NCBI GenBank assembly: GCA_037444445.1
Contig: JBBIMK010000009.1
Span: forward strand, 32,438-64,437
DNA: 32,000 nt
Source of the DNA: a bacterium
Lineage (GTDB): Bacteria > UBP7 > UBA6624 > JBBIMK01
Reading direction: 5' to 3'
The notes beneath the pieces were generated by a model that was given only the letters and a program-made list of their open reading frames with translations, did not search any database and was not told the DNA's origin. Below are positions 17,173 to 25,392 of the stretch, one piece after another (position 1 is the first letter of the stretch; every line of letters starts with the position of its first letter). The position numbers were made by a program, and so were the translations under genes.

Positions 17173-19377
17173 TCATCGTTTTTCCCGTCTCATTTTCATT
17201 GTAGCATCTTTTTTATTTCTGTCAACTCTTACATCCAGGTGCCTTATACCAGCCTGCAGTGCCACCAGGGATTCGGGGGATGGAGGCTCTCCCCCATAAA
17301 AATACTTCTCCACACAGGTTAACAGCCCGTGAATTTCCCGCTCCGACGATGGTGAAACCCGGAGGACAGAAACCAGATACTCCCGATAGGTTGCCGAAGG
17401 CGAGCGCGGGAACCCGGCTTTCTTTTCCACCCTCCCCACCAGCGATAACAGCCTCTCCCGGAAAGAGGGCGAACGCGGAAAACGCCCACCCATAGATAAA
17501 ATGACAGAATGGATATGGTGATAAGCATAAGGGAAAAAAAGAGGCAGCAGGAACGCAAGGATTAGAGGAACTTTTACCCGGTTGAACCAATTCCCAATAG
17601 GCCTCGCAAGCGTAGATACATAATACGACAGCGTGGCGGCGAGGAAAGCCAGACGGTCCTGAAAATAATTTCCCGGGCTGAGAGGGTTCACATCCCGGCT
17701 GAGACCCCCCACACCACCCGGGTTTGTCACGGAAACATTCTGCAAAACCTCAGGCGTGGGGTCCATCGTTATCCAGGCATAATTTGGGATATACGCTTCC
17801 ACCCACGCATGGGCATCCTTATCCTTCAGCGTAAAACTCCCCTGCAAGAAATCATACTCCCCGCCCATATACCCACCCACCACTCGCGCAGGGATTCCCA
17901 CCGCTCTTAACAGCACAGCCATCGCACTCGCATAAAACTCACAGTACCCACTCCGCCCCTCAAACAAGAAATAATCCACCGCATCCCGGTCCCTCGGAAT
18001 CCTCCCCAATTCCAGCTTGTACTGGTAACGCGGCGAATTCAGGAATCTCCGTATCGCCTCCATCTTCTCATAAGCGGAAGCAAAGCCGTCCGTAATCTCG
18101 TGCGCCAGCGCATAAACCCGCTCAGGAACCTCAGGCAATTCCAGATACCGCCTCAGGACCATGGCCTCCCTGGAGGGTAGTGAATCCACCCGATAAATTT
18201 TCAGGGTCGTCTCATCCGTCTTCACCACATACGACTCTACGGAGTAAGAATACCCCGGGTTTAACACAAAAGAGGTTCGCAACGACCCCTCCCGGTCCGA
18301 CGACACGAAACTACCCTCCTGGCGGTGAAATGAAAACGGTAACCTCACCGAAACGGGCTCCCACAGGGCAAACAGCACATTCGGGTGAGGTTTCAACACC
18401 CGAAAAGTAGTTCTCACCCTTTCATATTCGTAATCCCGCTCCTCATCAGGCTCTATCAGAGGAATATACCCCTTTTCCGAGTCAACCGAATGAGGTGTCA
18501 GGGGCGAATGCGAGGGGATTTCCCATCCCCTGCCCGTATAAGTCGTGAACACCAGCCCGCGGAAATACCCCGCAAAAGGAGCAGAAACCTCCATCGCAGG
18601 CTCCTCCGACAGGTGGATACTTTCCCCCGATGCCAGTTGCAAGTAAGGCGAGAAGCCCGAATACCGCACATAAGCGGGAGGCAGGTCATCCGAAAAATTT
18701 AACGGCACAAGACTTCCAATGGTTCCGCCGGCAGAGGTGGGTCCAGCCAGCAACACCAGAGACTCACCCCGGGGAATCTTCGCTACCATCAAGAACACAA
18801 TAGATGAAAGCAGAAAAGCCCATAGAAAAATGTTCAACCCCAGGCGGAAGAAGACGGGCACAGTCCATTTCTCTCGCTTCTCCAGATTTTTCTGAAAACC
18901 TCCCCGTTGGATAAACATAGTGGATTCCCCAAAGATGACCAGTAGCAGGCTTGCCAGCCCCAGAATCGCAAAAAGTATCCCCGTAAAATTATAAAGGGAT
19001 AGACCCCCGGTGAACAGCGACACCGCTACAGGAAACGACAGGAAAAATAGCACATCCTGAAGGGTAAATAACCGGAGGAGAAAAACTATCAACAGCCAGG
19101 GAACCAGCCGGCCGATATAGAGATAAAAGTTACCAAAATCCTTCACCCCCTGATAAGTATAGTAAGTGAACAAAAGGAAGGAACAAATTTCTCCCAGTAT
19201 CCGAACCCACTTGTGCAGTGAGCGAGGAATGAACAGGCTGAGAAAAAAACTGCCGTTCATCAGGGCATAGAGAAGGATTGCCTCATAGGGCTTGTAGGAA
19301 AGCGCCAGAAACACCAGCGCAAAACACAAAGAGGAAATCACCCATACCAGCACATACTGGAGGGTGGAAATGGGCAT
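17173..19377 (-). CDS. TgpA-like membrane protein with transglutaminase-like core domain
   Basis: Multi-TM N-terminal half. Transglutaminase core GRSGYCEFYASAMAVLLRAVGIPARVVGGY...DAHAWVEAYIP...WITMDPTP (Cys-His-Asp). The start is uncertain. ATG 19377 has AAGGG 9 nt upstream. ATG 19425 has GGAGG directly abutting it. The ORF-track start at 19596 overlaps the DUF58 gene by 194 nt and is unlikely. Confidence 0.85.
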   Translation of the reverse strand: MPISTLQYVLVWVISSLCFALVFLALSYKPYEAILLYALMNGSFFLSLFIPRSLHKWVRILGEICSFLLFTYYTYQGVKDFGNFYLYIGRLVPWLLIVFLLRLFTLQDVLFFLSFPVAVSLFTGGLSLYNFTGILFAILGLASLLLVIFGESTMFIQRGGFQKNLEKREKWTVPVFFRLGLNIFLWAFLLSSIVFLMVAKIPRGESLVLLAGPTSAGGTIGSLVPLNFSDDLPPAYVRYSGFSPYLQLASGESIHLSEEPAMEVSAPFAGYFRGLVFTTYTGRGWEIPSHSPLTPHSVDSEKGYIPLIEPDEERDYEYERVRTTFRVLKPHPNVLFALWEPVSVRLPFSFHRQEGSFVSSDREGSLRTSFVLNPGYSYSVESYVVKTDETTLKIYRVDSLPSREAMVLRRYLELPEVPERVYALAHEITDGFASAYEKMEAIRRFLNSPRYQYKLELGRIPRDRDAVDYFLFEGRSGYCEFYASAMAVLLRAVGIPARVVGGYMGGEYDFLQGSFTLKDKDAHAWVEAYIPNYAWITMDPTPEVLQNVSVTNPGGVGGLSRDVNPLSPGNYFQDRLAFLAATLSYYVSTLARPIGNWFNRVKVPLILAFLLPLFFPYAYHHIHSVILSMGGRFPRSPSFRERLLSLVGRVEKKAGFPRSPSATYREYLVSVLRVSPSSEREIHGLLTCVEKYFYGGEPPSPESLVALQAGIRHLDVRVDRNKKDATMKMRREKR

Positions 19378-19402
19378 CTGCCACAGCCCTTTCCCCCTTT
19401 GT

Positions 19403-20671
19403 TTATCCAGAATAGAGTAAGTCATCCTCCTGTGATAAAGTATACACCCTGGCTCCCCCGGATGCAACCTGCTGGAGAAACTTCTGCACAGGGTCCCGAG
19501 GGAGAGAGAGAGGAGAAATCTTGCCTGAATCCGCCCCCCCACCGGAACGAAAAGCCTCGGGATTGATGTAAAAAAAGGATACAGAAGCCACAACACAACT
19601 GAGGTGATGGAGAATCGGAATCATTTCCTCCCTGATGCTGGAGGTGAATAAAAGGAGATGAAGGTTGGGAGAACGAAGATGAGACAGGAGGCGGAGAAGC
19701 ACGGTAGAGAAGGGGTTAGAGCCTTTTCCCTGAATGCAGGCTAATTTTTGGAAGGCCACAAGAAGGGAGGCAGGTCCCGAAGCAAGGGTGAAATCCATTC
19801 CATCCGGCTCATCAAAATAAACACTCCCCAGTGCACCCGTAGAGAAATAGTAATGCGCCACGGAAGCGGCAGAGCGAATAGCCACCTCCAGGGTATTCCG
19901 GGGACCATCCCCCAGAATTTGATGGGGGTCCACATCCACCACGATTAAGAAATTCCCCCCCATTTCCCTGAGGAACTGTTTCAGGACCGGGAAACCCAAT
20001 CGGGCGGAGGTGAGCCAGTGAATATTCTTAAATGGGTCCCCCGGGACATACGGACGCAGTCCGATGAATTCATCCCCCGCTCCTTCCAGGGATACGCTGG
20101 GTCGCAGAGGAAGCGGTGAGCCCCCGCCCGCTTCCAGGGGAAAAGAGGTGAGAATGAGAAACCGAGGATACACGGTGAATGCCCGTTCTATCCGGAATAT
20201 CTCCTGCACCTGATATAACTTCATCGGGTCCTGCGATTCCAGAACTATAGTGGAAAACGGATAGATTCCCCGACGCACACTCCGAAGGCTGAAAGGATAA
20301 CGCACCTCCTCCCCTTTCTGAATCCGGGCAAGATGAATTTCCAGCGGCGACTCTATATAGGGCGCCTGAAAACTCACTTTTAACAGAATCTTCTGAAGTG
20401 GCGTGTGATTCCGCACCACCACTTCACCCTGAAAACTATGCCCCTCTACATTCCCCTCCGGAACCCGCAGGTCCACACTCACTCCCCGGAGACTCCGAGT
20501 CACCCAGATGAAGGCGATGATGTGTAAAGCCACGAAGAAAGATAGCACCGCATCCAGCGTTTCCACAGCAGCACTCGTAACAGACAGCACAAAGATAAAA
20601 AGGGCAATGAGCAAAAGAGAAATCCCCCGGGGTGCTATGAAATACCGGGTCCTATGCGATGGGAACTTCAT
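19403..20671 (-). CDS. DUF58 family protein (vWA-like, MoxR-associated)
   Basis: ORF of 422 aa. Two N-terminal TM helices. DUF58 signature GDEFIGLRPYVPGDPFKNIHWLTSARLGFPVLKQF. The ATG overlaps the end of the MoxR gene by 20 nt. Confidence 0.8.
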   Translation of the reverse strand: MKFPSHRTRYFIAPRGISLLLIALFIFVLSVTSAAVETLDAVLSFFVALHIIAFIWVTRSLRGVSVDLRVPEGNVEGHSFQGEVVVRNHTPLQKILLKVSFQAPYIESPLEIHLARIQKGEEVRYPFSLRSVRRGIYPFSTIVLESQDPMKLYQVQEIFRIERAFTVYPRFLILTSFPLEAGGGSPLPLRPSVSLEGAGDEFIGLRPYVPGDPFKNIHWLTSARLGFPVLKQFLREMGGNFLIVVDVDPHQILGDGPRNTLEVAIRSAASVAHYYFSTGALGSVYFDEPDGMDFTLASGPASLLVAFQKLACIQGKGSNPFSTVLLRLLSHLRSPNLHLLLFTSSIREEMIPILHHLSCVVASVSFFYINPEAFRSGGGADSGKISPLSLPRDPVQKFLQQVASGGARVYTLSQEDDLLYSG

Positions 20672-21590
20672 GAAGAAGAGCCGTGAGAACCTCTTTCTCC
20701 GTAAGACCGGAGACCTTCAGATGAGGCTTCAGATACACCCTGTGGGAGAGCAGTGGGACAAAAAGTTCTTTCACATCGTCCGGAATCACATACTCCCTGC
20801 CCCGAAGAAAAGCCAGAGCCTGAGAAGTGCGTAATAGCCCCAGGGCACCCCGAGGACTGGCCCCCAGCAGAAAATCCCCGTGCCTGCGAGTGGCATCCCC
20901 TAACGCCACGATGTATTCCAGAATGGAACCCGACACCTTAATATGCCGTATCGCCCTCTGTAGTTCCAGAATCTCTTCCTTCCCTACCACTGGAGTTATC
21001 GTGGTGATAGGGTGCTGAAGCATCTGGTCTAACAACATTTGCACCTCTTTCTCCGGGGGGAGATAGCCCAGGGAAATCCGCATCATAAACCGGTCCAGTT
21101 GTGCCTCCGGTAGCTTATACACCCCTTGATATTCCACCGGGTTCTGCGTGGCAACAACGAAAAAGGGGTCATCCAGAGGTGTGGTAATTCCCTCCACCGT
21201 CACTTGATGTTCTTCCATCGCTTCCAGGAGAGAGGATTGAGTCCGAGGCGTTGCCCGATTGATTTCATCCGCCAGGAGAATATGAGTGAAGATAGGCCCC
21301 TTTTTGAAGTCAAAATCACTGGTTTTCTGATTATAAATGTAAGCGCCCGTGATGTCCGAAGGCAAGAGGTCTGGCGTCAATTGAATCCGCCGAAAGGTGA
21401 GTTGGGTGGAAAGGGCAAGGGCTTTGGCCAGTGTGGTTTTCCCGGTCCCGGGCACATCTTCAATCAGAAGATGTCCACCCGCAAGGAAGCAAACGAGGCA
21501 CTGCTCCACGACAGAGTCTTTCCCGATAATCACCCGCTGAACAGAATTTTTCAGCTGGGAAGCGAGAGCGAATCCCTGGTCCCAGTTCAA
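20652..21590 (-). CDS. MoxR-family AAA+ ATPase
   Basis: ORF of 312 aa. Walker A GHLLIEDVPGTGKTTLAKALA, Walker B ILLADEINRATPRTQSSLLEAMEEHQVT. TTG start with GGAGG 7 nt upstream. Confidence 0.9.
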   Translation of the reverse strand: MNWDQGFALASQLKNSVQRVIIGKDSVVEQCLVCFLAGGHLLIEDVPGTGKTTLAKALALSTQLTFRRIQLTPDLLPSDITGAYIYNQKTSDFDFKKGPIFTHILLADEINRATPRTQSSLLEAMEEHQVTVEGITTPLDDPFFVVATQNPVEYQGVYKLPEAQLDRFMMRISLGYLPPEKEVQMLLDQMLQHPITTITPVVGKEEILELQRAIRHIKVSGSILEYIVALGDATRRHGDFLLGASPRGALGLLRTSQALAFLRGREYVIPDDVKELFVPLLSHRVYLKPHLKVSGLTEKEVLTALLHEVPIA

Positions 21591-21605
21591 TCTCCTACCT
21601 CCTCA

Positions 21606-22961
21606 TCAATAGGCGCCCCGGGCTGACAGCACAGCCACCGGTGTCAAAAAAAGAATTTTCATATCCAGCCAGGGCGTCCAGTTCTGGATATAATACAGGT
21701 CCAGCCTTACCCGCTGTTCATACGACAGGTCCGACCGTCCGCTCACCTGCCATAACCCGGTGAGTCCGGGTTTCACGGAAAGGAATAAACCTTCTGATGG
21801 AGCATAGCGGGGAAGTTCCTCGGGCACTACGGGCCGGGGTCCCACCAGACTCATCTCCCCCCGAAGAACATTCACTAACTGGGGTAACTCATCTAACGAA
21901 TACTTCCGAAGAAATCTTCCGAGAATCGTCACCCTCGGGTCCTGCTTTAACTTGAATTGCTGTTGAAATTTCTCCGCCAGAGCGGGCTCCTGCTTCAGCA
22001 TCTCCTCCGCCTCAGGAACCATCGTCCGAAACTTCCATAAAAAAATCGGCTTTCCCCCTTTCCCTATCCGCATCTGAAAATGGAATGGGCTCACTCGCAC
22101 CTCCAGAAAAAGAAGTAAGGAAAGAAGAAGAAACAGCGGAAGGGAAACTATGAACAAAAAACTTCCCAGGGTGTAGTCCACCACTCCTTTGAAAATTTTT
22201 CCGGCAAAGGATGCATATAGACAGCGATGACTCATCAGAGGAATGCCCTCCAGTTCCTCAAAAGATAAGGTGGAAAACAAAAACCCTGTCACGGGGGGAG
22301 TGGCTTTCATCGGAAGACCGTGCTGGAAAGCAAAACGCACCACCTGCGCAAATCTCTCCTCATCTCGCACGGGAACCACCAGCAATAGATGAGGTGAATC
22401 CTGCATCACCCTGGCTTCTAATCGCTCCATCAAAGTGTCCAGCGGCGCCCAGGAAACGGCAATCACTTCCGCCCTCGGGTACATCCGCAAAAGTTTACGC
22501 TGAACCTCCTCGCCCCCCTCATCCTCTGAAAGAAACAGAACCTTCCACTGAGCCCGCCGATAATGGGGTAATAGCCATCCATCTTTCAGAACAAGGAAGA
22601 GAAAAGAAAGCCCCCAGGAAACAACCAGCACTACGCGGGAAGGGTCAAGGGTGTTCAGAAAAAATGCCAGTAGTGTGAGGGAAAAAAGCGCAAAAGTGGA
22701 GGCATGAAAATAATGCACCGCATTTTTTTTTAGATTAAAAAAGAAATTGTCTAATTCGTAAAACCCGCTAAAAAGCAGGTAAATAAGCAGGAAAAAGGCA
22801 AACCCGAAGGCATGAAATAGATACCAGGGCAGGGGAGCGTAGGAGGGTGAGAAAAAACCAGCCAACAGCGAAAAACGAAGCCAGTAGGAGAAAAGAAAAG
22901 CCAGGAAGGAAACCAAAACATCCAGAACTATCCGATAACTCAAGTTATACCGGGTTGCCAT
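21606..22961 (-). CDS. Polyprenyl-phosphate sugar phosphotransferase (WbaP/bacterial sugar transferase family)
   Basis: N-terminal TM helices. C-terminal PF02397-like region: [22 protein letters not shown]...[17 protein letters not shown] prefer the ATG at 22961 to the ORF-track start at 23021. Confidence 0.85.
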   Translation of the reverse strand: MATRYNLSYRIVLDVLVSFLAFLFSYWLRFSLLAGFFSPSYAPLPWYLFHAFGFAFFLLIYLLFSGFYELDNFFFNLKKNAVHYFHASTFALFSLTLLAFFLNTLDPSRVVLVVSWGLSFLFLVLKDGWLLPHYRRAQWKVLFLSEDEGGEEVQRKLLRMYPRAEVIAVSWAPLDTLMERLEARVMQDSPHLLLVVPVRDEERFAQVVRFAFQHGLPMKATPPVTGFLFSTLSFEELEGIPLMSHRCLYASFAGKIFKGVVDYTLGSFLFIVSLPLFLLLSLLLFLEVRVSPFHFQMRIGKGGKPIFLWKFRTMVPEAEEMLKQEPALAEKFQQQFKLKQDPRVTILGRFLRKYSLDELPQLVNVLRGEMSLVGPRPVVPEELPRYAPSEGLFLSVKPGLTGLWQVSGRSDLSYEQRVRLDLYYIQNWTPWLDMKILFLTPVAVLSARGAY

Positions 22962-24036
22962 GAGCGGATAGAAAACTGAAGAACCTTTCCCGAAAGACCT
23001 GCGGAGAAAACCTTCGCGCATAGTTCTGTAGCACCTCCCGGGAGTAGGAGGAGGAGGAGAAGGAGCGAACCGCAGACTCCAGAGATTGGGGAGTGGGGGC
23101 CGGGAACAGAACGCCCGTTTGACCGGGAATTACCGTTTCCACCGCCGCACCATCGGATAAAGCAATGACTGGTGTCCCCGCGGCCATGGCTTCCACAGCA
23201 CACAGCCCGAAATCCTCTACTCCGGGAAAAATCAGGGCTTGCGCCCGGGCGTATAAGCCACGCAGAACATCTCGCTCCACCCAGCCCAGAAATTCTATAT
23301 TCTTTCCCGCCTTCTGACGAAGAGTTGAACCCAGGGGGCCCTGCCCTACAATCTTCAAGGGCAATCCCAGAGAATGGAAGGCTTCTATTGCCATTTCTAC
23401 CCCTTTATACGGGACGAGTCGGGAGACCAGCAGAAAGTATTCCTCACGAGGCAAACAGCCCGCACTGGCAAAAAACTCTACATCCACAGGAGGGTAAATC
23501 ACCTCAGCAGGGCGGCGGTAGTACCGCTCAATCCGCTTCGCCACGAATTGCGAAATCGCCACAAACTCATCCACCCGATGGGAGGCCACCACATCCCACT
23601 GCCGTAGCGATGGGAAAAAAGAGGCAGCCAGCGGCCGCTTCCACACGGAGAGTGACGAAAGATACACATCCCGCTGGTCCCAGATATACCGCATGGGCGT
23701 GTAGCAGTAGCAGACATGAAACGACCGGGCAGGGGGAAGAACGCCCTTCGCCACACAGTGATTCCCGGTAATGACCAGGTCCACATCTTCTATCCGCAAA
23801 CTCTCCACCGCCAGGGGGAATAGAGGAAGAAGATTCCGGTAATACCGATGGATGCCAGGGAAATTCTGTAAAAATGAGGGGTGAACCCGATGAACCCCCA
23901 GGAATCGTTTCCATCGCCGGGGATGATAAAACAACACATACACCGATGCATTCGGGAAAAAAGTGAGAAAGTGTGACAGAACTTCTTCCGCACCACCGGG
24001 CTCCTCCAACCACTCATGAACCAGCGCGACCTTCAC
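22945..24036 (-). CDS. Glycosyltransferase, GT4 family (GT-B fold)
   Basis: ORF of 363 aa. N-terminus MKVALVHEWL. C-terminal motif FPGVEDFGLCAVEAMAAGTPVIA. GTG start with AGGGAG 8 nt upstream. Confidence 0.85.
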   Translation of the reverse strand: MKVALVHEWLEEPGGAEEVLSHFLTFFPNASVYVLFYHPRRWKRFLGVHRVHPSFLQNFPGIHRYYRNLLPLFPLAVESLRIEDVDLVITGNHCVAKGVLPPARSFHVCYCYTPMRYIWDQRDVYLSSLSVWKRPLAASFFPSLRQWDVVASHRVDEFVAISQFVAKRIERYYRRPAEVIYPPVDVEFFASAGCLPREEYFLLVSRLVPYKGVEMAIEAFHSLGLPLKIVGQGPLGSTLRQKAGKNIEFLGWVERDVLRGLYARAQALIFPGVEDFGLCAVEAMAAGTPVIALSDGAAVETVIPGQTGVLFPAPTPQSLESAVRSFSSSSYSREVLQNYARRFSPQVFRERFFSFLSAHGNPV

Positions 24037-25387
24037 CCGTTGAACTCCCTGACGGTGTCGGCAAGGGGGAAATCCGAATGACCTCCGGCGGAGGCTGGGG
24101 AGACATTTCCGGAAATAGATTCACCAAATCCTGTGATTTCATCATTAATATCAGCGGATACGAACGAGGTGGAAGATTCTGGATATACCACCCTTCCGCT
24201 GTCTTCTGCAGGGTAAACTGCACATCAGAGGCGAGAGCAGGATCCACGAGGGCCACAGGCACGAACCCCGGCGCCCTCGCCACAAGAATCCCTGTATCCT
24301 TTGCACCCGTACTCCAGAACACAATCGCTCCCACTCCCCCATTCAGGAAAAAGTAACTCCCGCTCCCTTCCATCGCCATCCCGGGATAAAGGATTTGATA
24401 TGAAAACGGCGGATACACAGGCTTCATCCCGGCGAGGAAAGAGTTCATTGAAAGAAACATCACATACACAGGCCGCGGTAACCCCTCCGGAGGTAACAAC
24501 CCATCCATAGAGTTCTCATCCCTGTTATGCAGCGGGTCAACGAACCACCTATCCACTCCCATTGCCGTCAAAGATACAGCAAGTCTTGCCATAGCGCTCG
24601 CTCGTTCCTCCCCGCTTCTCATATAACCCACAACCCCCAGACGCCCCACCACCACATCCTTCTTACTCCCCACCAGCCGGCGGATATAATCCACCACCCT
24701 ATAAGTGCGCAAGTATGTAGAGTAATCCCAATAAGTAGAGGAAGAGAAAGGAATCACCAAAGAAATCCCGTCGGCGAAAGACAAAACCCCTCTCGCTTGA
24801 AGAGTCTCCAGGAACACCTCATCCTCACCAGATACCCCTCCCACATACACCTTCGCCAGAGGGTCAAAGGCGCGGATGGCTTGATATGCCAGCAAAAATG
24901 TCCTCCCATAAGACACAGCCAGAGGTTGAGAAAACGAAATCCCACCGATGGGACCCCCTCCCTCATCCACATTCTCAAACACCTCATACCCATAAATCAG
25001 CCACCGATACCGCTCCGCCACTCTCCCGGCAAACCGTGCGAACGCTTCCGCCCTCTCATCCCCTCCATATAGCAGGTTAGAGCCCGTTAACAGAGCCAGC
25101 ACATCCAGCCCCAGGCTCCGTGCATGCTGAACCACAGGGTCATAAACTGAGAAGTCATACTTCCCCTTTATCCTTTCAATCTCATTCCACAGGATGCTCA
25201 ACCGGATGGCAGAAAAGTTCCCCCTCCGTATCTCTGCCACATCCTTCTGCCAGTCTGCATCCACCGTCACATTTACCCCGGCAGGTTCATACACCTCACC
25301 CCTCACTTCCTTCCCCTGCACCAGAAAAACCACCGCAGGGGCAATCCACTTTGCTAGATACAAAAAGGCACTTTCCTTATACTTCAT
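24014..25387 (-). CDS. Secreted TIM-barrel glycoside-hydrolase-like protein (clan GH-A-like); function uncertain
   Basis: Signal or anchor LAKWIAPAVVFLV. The segment IRLSILWNEIERIKGKYDFSVYDPVVQHARSLGLDVLALL resembles the N-terminal strands of GH5/GH39/GH42-type enzymes. Where the clan's NE(P) motif is expected, the sequence reads YEVFENVD. ATG at 25387; an alternative GTG at 25396 overlaps the alaS stop. Confidence 0.4.
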   Translation of the reverse strand: MKYKESAFLYLAKWIAPAVVFLVQGKEVRGEVYEPAGVNVTVDADWQKDVAEIRRGNFSAIRLSILWNEIERIKGKYDFSVYDPVVQHARSLGLDVLALLTGSNLLYGGDERAEAFARFAGRVAERYRWLIYGYEVFENVDEGGGPIGGISFSQPLAVSYGRTFLLAYQAIRAFDPLAKVYVGGVSGEDEVFLETLQARGVLSFADGISLVIPFSSSTYWDYSTYLRTYRVVDYIRRLVGSKKDVVVGRLGVVGYMRSGEERASAMARLAVSLTAMGVDRWFVDPLHNRDENSMDGLLPPEGLPRPVYVMFLSMNSFLAGMKPVYPPFSYQILYPGMAMEGSGSYFFLNGGVGAIVFWSTGAKDTGILVARAPGFVPVALVDPALASDVQFTLQKTAEGWYIQNLPPRSYPLILMMKSQDLVNLFPEMSPQPPPEVIRISPLPTPSGSSTGEGRAGS

Positions 25388-25392
25388 ACCAA

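Noticed and set aside
19378-19596. N-terminal extension of the transglutaminase ORF (start at 19596), which overlaps the DUF58 gene by 194 nt.
   Set aside because: The extension has no Shine-Dalgarno site. It would require a long out-of-frame overlap with a well-supported gene. Internal ATGs at 19425 and 19377 give a normal TM-helix N-terminus.
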